Source: Salegentibacter sp.
GTDB lineage: Bacteria > Bacteroidota > Bacteroidia > Flavobacteriales > Flavobacteriaceae
Assembly (NCBI GenBank): GCA_017795085.1
Contig: CP051246.1
Location: 806,514-870,513, forward strand
DNA length: 64,000 nt
Reading direction: 5' to 3'
Numbering within the stretch: the first letter of the stretch is position 1; every line of letters begins with the position of its first letter. The notes under the pieces were generated by a model. The model was not told the origin of the DNA. It worked only from the letters and a program-made list of their open reading frames with translations, and did not search any database. This document shows, piece after piece, positions 25,913-36,662 of the stretch. The translations under genes were made by a program, and so were the position numbers.

Positions 25913-28900
25913 ATGATTCATAACGAAGACTCGAGGGTGAAGATCCCTTCCATTCTGCATTTTACCAGATTGGGGTATAAATACTTATCTTTAAAACACA
26001 GAAGGTGGGATCTGGAAACCAATATCTTTACAGATATCTTCCGGAAAAAATTAGCCGATCTAAACCCAACTGTAGAAGAAGACGAGATTACCCGTTTTAT
26101 TGAAGAAGTAAAGCTCAGCCTGGCTAATGAAGATCTGGGTAAGGAATTTTATGAAAAGCTGACTTCCCAGTCCGGAATTAGAATGCTGGACCTTGAAAAC
26201 TTCGAAAAAAACCAATTCAACGTGGTAACCGAGCTTCCCTACAAAAATGGCGAGGATGGTTTCAGGCCGGATATCATACTTTTAATAAATGGATTGCCTT
26301 TAGTATTTATTGAAGTAAAAAAACCTAATAACCGCGAAGGGGTGATCGCTGAGCGCAATCGCATTGCCACCCGTTTTCAAAATAAAAAATTCAGAAGGTT
26401 CGTAAACATCACTCAAATGATGGTCTTTTCCAATAATATGGAATATGATCCTGAAGATTTAGAACCTATCCAGGGTGCCTTTTATGCTTCTCCTTCCTAT
26501 TCGCGACCAGTATTTAATTATTTCAGGGAAGAAGAAAACCTGAATCTTAAAAAACTACTTAAAGACCAGGACGAAAAAATAGAAGATGAGGTCCTAAAGG
26601 ATAATAACCTGGTGATTATAAAACATTCTCCGGAGTTTATTACGAACAAAAACCCTGATAGTCCTACCAACCGGGTTTCCACTTCCTTGTTTTCCAAAGA
26701 AAGACTGAAATTCATTCTGAAATATGCCATTGCTTATGTGGAAGAATCAAGCGGAATGCAAAAACACATAATGCGTTACCCTCAATTATTCGCAACCAAG
26801 ACTATTGAAGAGAAATTGGAGGATGGCATAAGAAAAGGAATTATTTGGCACACCCAGGGAAGCGGAAAAACTGCCCTGGCCTATTATAATACCAGGTTTC
26901 TGACCGAATACTACCAAGGAAAAAATATCATTCCAAAGTTCTACTTTATCGTAGATAGACTGGATCTTTTACTTCAGGCAAAGGCTGAATTCACTAGCCG
27001 TGGCTTAGTGGTTCATATTGTGAATTCTAAGGATGATTTTGTAAACGATATAAAAACTAAAGCCGCCGTTCATAATGATCGTGGGGAATTAGAAATAACC
27101 GTTGTAAACATTCAAAAATTTTCTCAGGATTCCCAGGTTGTACAGGCGCAGGATTACGACGTTAATGTACAGCGTGTTTATTTCCTTGATGAAGTACATC
27201 GAAGTTATAACCCTGAAGGCAGCTTCCTTGCCAATCTTGAAAATTCCGATAAAAACGCTATAAAAATCGGACTTACCGGTACGCCTTTATTGGGCTCCGA
27301 CTATAACTCTAAAAGCCTCTTTGGAGATTACATTCATAAATATTACTACAACGCCTCTATTGCCGATGGTTATACGCTGAGGTTAATTAGGGAAGAAATT
27401 GACAGTAATTATAAGATAGAACTCGAGAAAATACTTCGGGAAATTGAAGTTCAACAGGGCGATGTAGAGAGACAAAAGATCTTCGCGCATCCTGCCTATG
27501 TAGAACCTTTCCTGGATTATATTATTGATGATTTCGAGAAATTTAGAAAGCTTAATGCCCCCAATGTAGGTGGAATGGTGGTTTGTGATAGTTCAGACCA
27601 GGCTAAAATGCTCTTTGAAATTTTCCAATCTAAATATGCGCAAAACGAAAGTCTGGAGTTCCGGGAAGCGGCTGAACCGGTAACTACCTATAAAACCAAA
27701 ATTAAAAATTCCGTTAAGGTTAAAACTGCAGCGCTTATTCTCCACGATATTGGTACTAAAGATGAACGAAAGGACCTTGTAGAAGATTTCAAGGACGGAA
27801 AAATAGATTTCCTTTTTGTTTACAATATGCTCCTTACCGGCTTTGATGCAAAACGCCTTAAAAAACTTTATCTCGGCAGGGTGATTAAAAGACATAATCT
27901 ACTCCAAACCCTCACCAGGGTGAACCGCCGCTATAAAGATTTCAGGTATGGATATATCGTAGATTTTGCTGATATAAGAGCTGAATTCGCCCGTACCAAT
28001 AAAGATTATTACGACGAGCTTCAACAGGAGCTGGGTGATGAGATGCAACACTATTCTGATATCTTTAAATCTAAAGAAGAGATCATAAAGGATATTGAGA
28101 AGATTGAGGATAGCTTATTTCATTTCAACACCAGAAATTCTGAAATTTTCTCTCAGCAAATTTCAGAGATCACCGATAGAAAAACAATGGTGGATATGGT
28201 AAAGGCCCTGGCAAATGCCAAAAGCCTGCATAACCTTATCAGATTAATTGGGCACGAAGACCTTCAGGAAAAACTGGATTTCAAAAAGCTGAACCAGCTT
28301 TACCGGGAGGCCAACAATCATTTAATGCTGCTTAACCAAAAGGAAGCCTTAGAAAATGACGTTGATACCACCAATCTTTTAAATATCGCCCTGGAAGATG
28401 TGATTTTCAAGTTTCATAAAACCGGAGAAGAAGAGTTGATTCTGGCCGATAAACTTAAAAATACACTTCGCCAAACCCGGGAAGCTTTAGCCGATAATAT
28501 CGACAAAAAAGACCCTAAATTTGTCAGCCTTTATGAGGAGCTGGAAAGGCTCTTTAAAAAGAAAAAATTAAACGAGGTAAGCCAGGAAGATATGCGCGAG
28601 AATATCGGGACACTCCGTGAAATTCACGCTAAGATCAAGGAGCTGAACCGGCAAAATGATTTGCTGAAACAGAAATATGATGATGATCCTAAATACTGCA
28701 GGATTCATAAGAGATTGCTGGAAAACGAAAGCTTATCCCAATCTGAAAGAAAACTTTTTAATGTGCTTCAACAAATAAAAGAAGGGGCCGACCTACACAT
28801 CATTCAAAATAGCCGCATATTGGAAAATGAAAGTTATCTGGATAGAATGATGATTAAACTGGTAGTAAACAAATTTGTAAAAGAGAATAACATCCCGCTT

Positions 28901-28978
28901 AATGCGGAAACCTCCAGGTTTATCAATAATCTGGTAGTACAGGAATATATAAACGAATTTCAAGGACATACTGCATAA
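25913..28978 (+). CDS. hsdR: Type I restriction enzyme subunit R. Probable start ATG 25913
   Basis: RPDIILLINGLPLVFIEVKK, WHTQGSGKT, DEVHRS, GLTGTP, MLLTGFDA and QTLTRVNR. Confidence 0.95.
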   Translation: MIHNEDSRVKIPSILHFTRLGYKYLSLKHRRWDLETNIFTDIFRKKLADLNPTVEEDEITRFIEEVKLSLANEDLGKEFYEKLTSQSGIRMLDLENFEKNQFNVVTELPYKNGEDGFRPDIILLINGLPLVFIEVKKPNNREGVIAERNRIATRFQNKKFRRFVNITQMMVFSNNMEYDPEDLEPIQGAFYASPSYSRPVFNYFREEENLNLKKLLKDQDEKIEDEVLKDNNLVIIKHSPEFITNKNPDSPTNRVSTSLFSKERLKFILKYAIAYVEESSGMQKHIMRYPQLFATKTIEEKLEDGIRKGIIWHTQGSGKTALAYYNTRFLTEYYQGKNIIPKFYFIVDRLDLLLQAKAEFTSRGLVVHIVNSKDDFVNDIKTKAAVHNDRGELEITVVNIQKFSQDSQVVQAQDYDVNVQRVYFLDEVHRSYNPEGSFLANLENSDKNAIKIGLTGTPLLGSDYNSKSLFGDYIHKYYYNASIADGYTLRLIREEIDSNYKIELEKILREIEVQQGDVERQKIFAHPAYVEPFLDYIIDDFEKFRKLNAPNVGGMVVCDSSDQAKMLFEIFQSKYAQNESLEFREAAEPVTTYKTKIKNSVKVKTAALILHDIGTKDERKDLVEDFKDGKIDFLFVYNMLLTGFDAKRLKKLYLGRVIKRHNLLQTLTRVNRRYKDFRYGYIVDFADIRAEFARTNKDYYDELQQELGDEMQHYSDIFKSKEEIIKDIEKIEDSLFHFNTRNSEIFSQQISEITDRKTMVDMVKALANAKSLHNLIRLIGHEDLQEKLDFKKLNQLYREANNHLMLLNQKEALENDVDTTNLLNIALEDVIFKFHKTGEEELILADKLKNTLRQTREALADNIDKKDPKFVSLYEELERLFKKKKLNEVSQEDMRENIGTLREIHAKIKELNRQNDLLKQKYDDDPKYCRIHKRLLENESLSQSERKLFNVLQQIKEGADLHIIQNSRILENESYLDRMMIKLVVNKFVKENNIPLNAETSRFINNLVVQEYINEFQGHTA

Positions 28979-30604
28979 ATGACAACCACAGTAGATTTTC
29001 AAAACAAAACAAAAGAATTAATAAATGGCCTTAAAGGCATCTGTTCCACTTATGGATTAGGAAATGACGGTGATGAATACAAGGTAATCACCCAGGCATT
29101 TCTTTATAAATTTCTAAACGATAAATTCACCCGCGAGATCAAGCAACTTAAGCCCGAACTCGCGCAAAGTGAAAACTGGCAGGAAGAGATCGAAAAAATT
29201 TCAGACGAAGAGTATGAATTGCTCACTATGCAGCTGGAAGCCGATACTGCCGTTTTTTATCCCAGGCACCTCATTGCCCACTTATTCGCACTGCAAAATA
29301 AAGATGATTTCGCCAAAACCTTTGACGATACCCTTATGGATATCGCCATTATTAACAACGAGATCTTCTCGGTACGTACCGTTGGCGGTTCAAAGGAACC
29401 TCTGTTTGAACGCATAAGCGAAATAGTTGAAGCTTCTGAAAGAAATTCTTTCTGCAAGGCTATTCTAAACAAATTGGTAGAATTTAGCTTTGAACATATT
29501 TTTGAGGAAAAATATGATTTCTACGCCTCTATTTTTGAATACCTCATCAAAGATTACAACAACGACAGCGGGGGTACTTATGCCGAATATTATACGCCTC
29601 ACGCGGTAGCTAAAATTATGGCTTCTATCCTGGTGACAGAAGAAGTACAGGACGTCACCTGCTACGATCCAAGTGCGGGTTCCGGAACCTTATTGATGAA
29701 CTTGGCACACGCCATTGGAGAAGATAAGTGTACCATCTATTCCCAGGATGTATCCAAAAAATCCTCCAAGCTTTTAAGACTGAACCTTATCCTGAATAAT
29801 CTGGTCCATTCCCTCCAGAATATTGTACGTGGTAACACCATTTTGGCACCCTTTCACGAAAAAGAAAACGGTGAGTTGCAGCAGTTCGATTATATCGTTT
29901 CTAATCCTCCGTTTAAACTTGATTTTAGCGAATACCGGGATGACCTGGACACCAAGAAAAATCGCAACCGTTTTTTTGCCGGAATTCCCAATGTTCCCAA
30001 GAACAAAAAGAGCAGTATGGCTATTTACAGCCTGTTTCTGCAGCATATTATGTTTAGCCTCCAAGAGGGTGGTAAAGCTGCCGTTGTGGTCCCTACCGGC
30101 TTTATCACCGCACAATCCGGTATTGATAAAAAGATTCGCCAGGAACTGGTAAATCGTAAAATACTGGCCGGGGTGGTTTCTATGCCTTCCAATATTTTTG
30201 CTACTACCGGTACGAATGTTTCTATAGTTTTCCTGGATAAAAGCAACAAAGAAGACGTAGTGCTTATCGATGCCTCCAATTTAGGAACCAAGGTAAAAGA
30301 GGGCAAGAACCAAAAAACCGTTTTAAACGACCAAGAAGAACAACAAATTATAGACACTTTCAATAATAAAGAAGTCGTAGATGATTTTTCGGTGGTGGTG
30401 AGCTATGAGGATATCAAGACGAAGAATCATTCTTTGAGTGCCGGACAGTATTTTGAGGTAAAGATTGAGTATGTTGATATTACTGCGGAAGAATTTGAAA
30501 CCAAAATGAATTCTTTTGAAGAAAATCTAAATTCGCTCTTTGCCGAAAGTAAAAGCCTGGAAAGCGAAATTCAGAATAATTTTAAGGATTTGAGATATTT
30601 GTAA
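28979..30604 (+). CDS. hsdM: Type I RM methyltransferase subunit M
   Basis: EYYTP, YDPSAGSG and VSNPPF (N6-adenine MTase motifs). Confidence 0.95.
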   Translation: MTTTVDFQNKTKELINGLKGICSTYGLGNDGDEYKVITQAFLYKFLNDKFTREIKQLKPELAQSENWQEEIEKISDEEYELLTMQLEADTAVFYPRHLIAHLFALQNKDDFAKTFDDTLMDIAIINNEIFSVRTVGGSKEPLFERISEIVEASERNSFCKAILNKLVEFSFEHIFEEKYDFYASIFEYLIKDYNNDSGGTYAEYYTPHAVAKIMASILVTEEVQDVTCYDPSAGSGTLLMNLAHAIGEDKCTIYSQDVSKKSSKLLRLNLILNNLVHSLQNIVRGNTILAPFHEKENGELQQFDYIVSNPPFKLDFSEYRDDLDTKKNRNRFFAGIPNVPKNKKSSMAIYSLFLQHIMFSLQEGGKAAVVVPTGFITAQSGIDKKIRQELVNRKILAGVVSMPSNIFATTGTNVSIVFLDKSNKEDVVLIDASNLGTKVKEGKNQKTVLNDQEEQQIIDTFNNKEVVDDFSVVVSYEDIKTKNHSLSAGQYFEVKIEYVDITAEEFETKMNSFEENLNSLFAESKSLESEIQNNFKDLRYL

Positions 30605-30605
30605 A

Positions 30606-31871
30606 ATGGACTTAAAAAGACTCAAATCTCTGATCGAATTTAAGAATGGCAAAATAGCTCCTAAAACCACTGGAAAATATCCTATCTATGGTGGTAACGG
30701 TATTTTAGGTTATTGCGATGATTATAATTATGAAGATGCAATAATTGTAGGTCGTGTGGGAGCCTATTGTGGCAGTATTCATAAAGCTGATGGGAAATGC
30801 TGGGTTTCTGATAATGCCATTGCAGGATTGCCAAAAGATTCAGAATTACTTGAATTTTACTATTACTTATTAAGAGAATTAGATTTAAATAAAAAACAGA
30901 TTGGTTCAAGTCAACCCCTATTGACCCAGGGTATTTTGAATAATTTGGATGTGCAAGTTCCTTTAAATTCCAGAATGGCAGTTAAAATCGCCAAAACCCT
31001 CTCCGACTTAGACGCCAAGATCGAACTCAATCACAAGATCAATACTGAGTTGGAAGCAATGGCTAAAACCATATACGAGTATTGGTTTGTACAATTTGAT
31101 TTTCCAGATAAAAACGGCAGGCCTTATAAATCCTCTAATGGGAAAATGCTTTTCAATGAGCAATTGAAACTGAAGATTCCTGAGGGGTGGAAAGTTAAAA
31201 CTATTTCTGAGTGGATTAAAAATGATAAAAGTGGAGATTGGGGAAAAGAAGCAGAGCAAGGAAATTATACTGAAAAAGTTTCCTGTGTAAGAGGTGCTGA
31301 TATTAATGGTTTAAATGGTAATGGAGAAGTAAATACACCTACACGTTTTATTCTTGAAAAGAACTCTCACAAAATATTAGATCCTCACGATTTAGTAGTG
31401 GAGATTTCCGGAGGAAGCCCTACCCAGTCAACCGGCAGATTAGCCTTTATCACTGAAGAAACTTTGGAAAGATTTGAAAACCCTCTGATATGTTCTAATT
31501 TCTGTAAAGCGCTCACCTTAAAGAACGAAAAATTCCTCTACAATTTTGTCTATCAATGGAATCGTTTATATGAAAACAATGTACTTTTTGGATGGGAGGG
31601 CAAAACCAGCGGTATAAAAAATTTACTTTTCGATAATTTCACTACGAATTATTATGTGCCTGTACCTCCTGAGCATCTTGCCGAAAAATTCTATGGGTTT
31701 ATGCAACCTCTTCAGGCTAAAAAGCAAAAGAATCTGGTAGAAATAAATGAACTTGAAAATTTAAGAGACTGGCTTCTACCAATGTTGATGAATGGCCAGG
31801 TAAGTGTTGGTGAAGCTGAGGAAGAATTGAGAATGGTGGCGGAGGAGAATGTAAATTATGGGGATAAATAA
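30606..31871 (+). CDS. hsdS: Type I RM specificity subunit S
   Basis: Two TRDs with conserved spacers (LDAKIELNHKINTELEAMAKTIYEYWF and LENLRDWLLPMLMNGQV). Confidence 0.93.
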   Translation: MDLKRLKSLIEFKNGKIAPKTTGKYPIYGGNGILGYCDDYNYEDAIIVGRVGAYCGSIHKADGKCWVSDNAIAGLPKDSELLEFYYYLLRELDLNKKQIGSSQPLLTQGILNNLDVQVPLNSRMAVKIAKTLSDLDAKIELNHKINTELEAMAKTIYEYWFVQFDFPDKNGRPYKSSNGKMLFNEQLKLKIPEGWKVKTISEWIKNDKSGDWGKEAEQGNYTEKVSCVRGADINGLNGNGEVNTPTRFILEKNSHKILDPHDLVVEISGGSPTQSTGRLAFITEETLERFENPLICSNFCKALTLKNEKFLYNFVYQWNRLYENNVLFGWEGKTSGIKNLLFDNFTTNYYVPVPPEHLAEKFYGFMQPLQAKKQKNLVEINELENLRDWLLPMLMNGQVSVGEAEEELRMVAEENVNYGDK

Positions 31872-31878
31872 TTAGATA

Positions 31879-33858
31879 ATGACAAACAAAAAGGAATCTT
31901 TGATAAAAACTAGTGATGAAATCTTAACTTATTTATTAGAACATAAAAAGAACAATCCCCATTTCACATTTGCTTTACGTCAAAGAAACAGTGTTCAGTC
32001 AAAAGAAAGAAGACTATCTAATGGCCAATGGTTTCAGGGATCGGATTACATATATGTCCCTCTTTTTAAAAAAGGTGATTCCCATAGAAAAATTAAAACC
32101 ATAGGTTTTGTACTTGGCTTTGATGATCAAGGTGAAATATCAAACAACTACATTGAAATTTCCTTCAGAGGAGGAGTTGATAATAAAAATGAAATTGATT
32201 TTCATAATGAATTAGCTCAAAATATTGGATTGAATCTGAACAAAGATAACTTCGGTAAATTAAATTATAGCAACCCAAAGGAGTACTTAAAAAATCTTGA
32301 ACATTATATAACTGAATTCCGAGACACCGCCATTAAGCTCTTAAACAAACATAATATTGAGAACAAATATTTAATAAAGGAGGCGGCATTTGAGAAAAAT
32401 TTATCAAGAATAAATAATTTCAAAAAAGAAATGAAAACAAAAGTAGAAGCGTTTTCAGAGACAAAAGTTGTGGCTGAGTCTTTAAACCAAATCCTTTTCG
32501 GACCACCCGGAACTGGGAAAACATTTCATTTGCTCCAGGAGATTATTCCAACTTATGAAAAGAAATCAACCAAAAAACCAAACGAAATTGTAGAATCGGA
32601 AATTATCTCTAAACTGCCCTGGTGGAAAATTTTTGCTTTAGTCTTACTTGAAAAAGACAACCAAACGGTTCCGCAGATAAAAGAACATCGTTTCGTGAAA
32701 TATAAATTGGAATTCTCTAATACCAACAGTTTAACTCAAACCATATGGGGACAATTATCATCACATACTATTGAGGAGTCCACTACAGTAGAATATGCTT
32801 CCAGGCAAGGTTCTTTGATTTTTGATAAAGAAGAAGAATCCGTTTGGTTCATCGCAAAGACCAAAGATCCTGTTCTTGAGGAATTAAATACTATACTGGA
32901 AGAAATAAAGAAACAAAAAGAATCTTCTGTTGAAATTCAATCCAACTTTAAGTTTATAACCTTTCATCAATCAACCTCCTATGAAAATTTTGTAGAAGGA
33001 ATTACTCCTGTTTTTGAGGAAGATAGTTCAAATAAGGCAGACCAATTAACTTATGAAATTAAAAAGGGGAGCTTTTATACCGCCTGTGACGAGGCAGCAA
33101 AGCTTGCCGGCTTCTTAGGCTTAAAAGATTGTTTGGAGCATACAAAGGAAGAGCGAATTGCAAAATTTAAAAATGCCGCGCCCTACTGCTTATTAATCGA
33201 TGAAATTAATCGCGGGAATGTTTCTGCCATTTTTGGTGAATTAATCACTTTAATTGAAGAAGATAAGCGTTTAACGAAAAATGAGGTTATAGTTGAATTA
33301 CCCTATTCCAATAAAAAGTTTGGAGTACCTCCAAACCTTCATTTAATCGGCACTATGAACACTGCAGACCGCAGCGTAGAAGCTTTAGATACAGCCCTCC
33401 GAAGAAGATTCAGCTTCAAAGAAATGCCTCCGAAATATGACCTTGATGAACTTACCTATGAATATGCCGGTACGACAGGAAGAGAAATATTAGAAAAAAT
33501 TAATAAGAGAATAGAAAAGCTGCTGGACCGAGATCACCTTATTGGCCATTCCTACTTTTTTCTAAAAGACGATGAAAATACTGAGGAAAAACTTATCAAT
33601 GCTTTTTATAGAAATATCATCCCACTATTACAGGAATACTTTTTTGGCGACTATGCTAAAATTGGTGCTGTTTTAGGAGAAGGATTTATTTATTCAGAAG
33701 CAGAAGAGGATGACACCGCCTTTGCTAGCGGCTTCGAAAATGAAGATTATATCGAAAAGCCCATCTATCACATTATAGATTATACTGAAGGTAAAAACAT
33801 TCAGAAAGAAATGAACTTTGAAAAAGCCATACGGCGGTTAATGAATCAGGATATATAG
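31879..33858 (+). CDS. mcrB: McrB-family AAA+ GTPase (type IV restriction)
   Basis: GPPGTGKT, ITFHQS..YENFVEG, IDEINRGN, GTMNTADRS and LRRRF. Confidence 0.93.
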   Translation: MTNKKESLIKTSDEILTYLLEHKKNNPHFTFALRQRNSVQSKERRLSNGQWFQGSDYIYVPLFKKGDSHRKIKTIGFVLGFDDQGEISNNYIEISFRGGVDNKNEIDFHNELAQNIGLNLNKDNFGKLNYSNPKEYLKNLEHYITEFRDTAIKLLNKHNIENKYLIKEAAFEKNLSRINNFKKEMKTKVEAFSETKVVAESLNQILFGPPGTGKTFHLLQEIIPTYEKKSTKKPNEIVESEIISKLPWWKIFALVLLEKDNQTVPQIKEHRFVKYKLEFSNTNSLTQTIWGQLSSHTIEESTTVEYASRQGSLIFDKEEESVWFIAKTKDPVLEELNTILEEIKKQKESSVEIQSNFKFITFHQSTSYENFVEGITPVFEEDSSNKADQLTYEIKKGSFYTACDEAAKLAGFLGLKDCLEHTKEERIAKFKNAAPYCLLIDEINRGNVSAIFGELITLIEEDKRLTKNEVIVELPYSNKKFGVPPNLHLIGTMNTADRSVEALDTALRRRFSFKEMPPKYDLDELTYEYAGTTGREILEKINKRIEKLLDRDHLIGHSYFFLKDDENTEEKLINAFYRNIIPLLQEYFFGDYAKIGAVLGEGFIYSEAEEDDTAFASGFENEDYIEKPIYHIIDYTEGKNIQKEMNFEKAIRRLMNQDI

Positions 33859-34064
33859 GAAAGACTTGAGAAGCCGGCCAAAGCATATTACAGTTTTTGA
33901 ACACGACTCCTTAATTTTTAATTTAAAGGACGAAACTGAGCAAAATCTTCATCAGGCTCTGGTTCAATTCTTCGGTAAGGGTGTGCCCTATTTTGACCTT
34001 ATCAGAAACGGTGTGAAATTCAATGAATTTGTAGGTGCCATACAAATTGGTGACACCTTAATTA

Positions 34065-35556
34065 GGGTTTCCTCAGAAATTCAGAAATTAAAATTATGTA
34101 TTTCTGCGAATTTCACTAGGTTGGTTACAAATAAGATCATCCCTATCCAGGAATGAGAAGTATTGTCTAATTTAGCTTTAATTTGGTTGAGCCCGTATGT
34201 TTGTTTGGCCTGCCCAAATTTGGCTTCTATATGATTACGTTCGTTGAACTCCTTTTTACGTTTTCTCTTTTGGTAGGCATTAAGTTCAAGCTGCTTGCCT
34301 TTTGAAGCTACGGTCATCCGGATGCCGCGCTCCTTGCACCACTTGCGGTTTTTATTGGTGCCATAGATCTTATCCACCTGAATGACTTCCGGGTAATAGC
34401 CGAGCTGTACTTTATAGGCCTCTGCATGAGGAATGAGGTCAGCACTTTCATTGTAGGCATCCCAGCTTAAGGTCTGCGCTTTAACAAAACCATCTATTTG
34501 GGCCAGTCCGATCTTGGTACCGAACTCTACTTTCTTCCCTGTCTTGCCCCGAACAATAGGACGTACATAAGGTTGACTGATGCTGACAATACGGTCCTTA
34601 CAGGTGTTGGTCTTATTATCGTACATTTCTCTTTGCTGATCATTAACCGTCTGAATTACCCAAAAATCCCTGAGCATCTTCCGGGATAATGGGGTATGAT
34701 CTAATTTGTCAAGCATTAAATTGATGTTGCCAATATTACGATCTAAACAGTTTAGATGATAACGGATAGCCCTTCTTAGGGTTTTTTTATTGGCCTGTCT
34801 CTTCTTGGATTCCGCCAGGTATTTCTTTCGGGCCACTTTTCTGTAAGTCCGCGGCTTGACCGGAAGCTCATCCTTTAGATGCTCATAGAGGGTATCAATG
34901 ATGGCCTCGGTCTTTTCACGAGCCACATTAAGTAGCCCCAAATCATTGGGATAGGTAATATACTGATCTGCCACCGTGGCATCGAGTTTTAATTTCCCTT
35001 TATTCTGCCAAGAAGTTCTCTTGGGGGAAGAGGCTTCCTGTGGAGCCCCACCATAACAAATTGTGGAGAGTACCTCAGAGAATTCATTGAAAGTATGATT
35101 CCCCAGTTTCTTTCTCCACTCTACAAAAAGAGAAGCAGAGAAAAGCGGCTGCGCAGAAAATTCCTCCAATCCTAAAAAGAACTGCATGTAGGGGTTCTCT
35201 TCGATGATCTGGACCGTTTGCTCATCACTAAGATTTAATTTGTGTTTAATAATCAGACTACCAATAACAATACGCGGATTAATGGCATTACGACCAACTT
35301 GAGAAAAATGTTTGGAAAAAATAGCTACACAACGGTCCCAGGGAAAATGGTAGGCTAATTGAATCCAACGGTTATTTGGGTTAAGTTTCATTTGGTAAAG
35401 ATTACCAAAATTTTCAATTTTGACCTGGTACTGGGAAGAATAATTTATCATATGCAAAGTTATTACATAAATATACTATTTTCCTTGCATGTAAACAATT
35501 GAAATATAGATTTATTTAACTGATTCAAAAGGGTTTATAGCCTTATGAGGAAGGCC
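34065..35556 (-). mobile_element. IS5-family insertion sequence, copy 1 (1492 bp)
   Basis: Imperfect terminal IRs (GGGTTTCCTCAGAA / TTATGAGGAAGGCC) and TAATTA target duplication (34059-34064 and 35557-35562). Confidence 0.92.
34081..35457 (-). CDS. IS5-family DDE transposase
   Basis: LKLDATVA..ITYPNDLGLL, VRGKTGKKVEFG, VDKIYG and ERNHIEAKFG. Confidence 0.92.
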   Translation of the reverse strand: MHMINYSSQYQVKIENFGNLYQMKLNPNNRWIQLAYHFPWDRCVAIFSKHFSQVGRNAINPRIVIGSLIIKHKLNLSDEQTVQIIEENPYMQFFLGLEEFSAQPLFSASLFVEWRKKLGNHTFNEFSEVLSTICYGGAPQEASSPKRTSWQNKGKLKLDATVADQYITYPNDLGLLNVAREKTEAIIDTLYEHLKDELPVKPRTYRKVARKKYLAESKKRQANKKTLRRAIRYHLNCLDRNIGNINLMLDKLDHTPLSRKMLRDFWVIQTVNDQQREMYDNKTNTCKDRIVSISQPYVRPIVRGKTGKKVEFGTKIGLAQIDGFVKAQTLSWDAYNESADLIPHAEAYKVQLGYYPEVIQVDKIYGTNKNRKWCKERGIRMTVASKGKQLELNAYQKRKRKKEFNERNHIEAKFGQAKQTYGLNQIKAKLDNTSHSWIGMILFVTNLVKFAEIHNFNF

Positions 35557-36662
35557 TAATTAACGTGCTTCCCAAAGCAGAGAAACGTAAATCGGATGAC
35601 CAAAAGAAATTAAAATGGAATCGGGCTTTAATCGATATGTTGAGGGTGGTAAATGGTTTTGAGGTTAAAGCACCTAGTTCAACAGATTTAAAACTTAAAA
35701 ATAACTCCGTTCTCGACCTGTACTTTGAACTTTTTGTGAGCGAAGTAGAATACTTGTTACATAGAGGGCTTGTCAAAAAATACCGGAAAACCGAAGGTAA
35801 TTTAACTACATTAAAAGGTCAATTACTTTTTACCCAACAAATAAGTAAAAATGTCATCCATAAGGAGCGTTTCTATACCAGGTACACTACTTATGATCCT
35901 GAACATTTATTGCACATAATTTTATATCAAACCATCCTAGTGTTAAAAAAAATAAACACCAATGCAGCCATATCAGGAAGAATTAATGCATTAATGCCTT
36001 GATTCTTAATTTTCCTGAAATGCCCAATGTAAAAATTTCAGAGACTGTATTTGATAAAATTATTCTCAATAGAAAAACAAAAGGTTATAAAAAAGCGGTG
36101 GATATTTCACGGCTGATACTACTACACTACCACCCTGACTTAAGCAAGGGTAAAAATGATGTTCTGGCCTTAATGTTTGATATGAATTTGCTTTGGGAAC
36201 AATTTGTATTGGTGAGTTTAAAAAAGAATAAGGGATTAAAAGTAAAAGGTCAAAATTCAAAAAACTTTTGGAAACCCAATGGCGGTAAAAGAAGAACCAT
36301 ACGGCCAGACATTGCGGTGAAATTTAATGGGAATGAATACGTCATAGATACTAAGTGGAAATTAGTAGAAAAACGTCCGTTAATCGAAGACATCAGGCAA
36401 ATGTACGCCTATCATCACTATTTCGATGCTAAAAAGGTAACCCTACTATATCCTGGAGATAGCATTTATATAGCAGGTAAATTCGTCGATATTGAACAGC
36501 AAAATAAAACAGCCGATTTAGAATGTGGTCTAATGTTTACTCAATTTGATCATTCTGTTAAGCATTGGCAAAAGCAAATTGCTAATATGGTAACGGAATG
36601 GATTAAAGCCTAGACTTGATTCAATAAAAATTAAATTATAAAAGAACGAAATGAGACATCAT

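Larger units (their letters stand above)
33866..36613 (+). pseudogene. mcrC: McrC-family nuclease, interrupted by IS5 and frameshifted by an 8-bp duplication
   Basis: Removing the IS and one TSD restores ...IGDTLINVLPKAE. ATTAATGC occurs twice at 35982-35997 and shifts the frame. C-terminal RPDI...IDTKWK and RQMYAY motifs are present. Confidence 0.9.

Noticed and set aside
30606-31871. Phase-variable hsdS shufflon
   Set aside because: There is a single hsdS, with no silent TRD copies, flanking inverted repeats or dedicated invertase.
36205-36213. TGTATTGGT as an additional att core
   Set aside because: Only 9 bp, inside mcrC coding sequence, with no arm-type octamers nearby. Expected by chance in AT-rich DNA.
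35999-36613. Separate 204-aa gene or programmed frameshift in mcrC
   Set aside because: The break is fully explained by an exact 8-bp duplication, and removing one copy restores INALILNFPEM.
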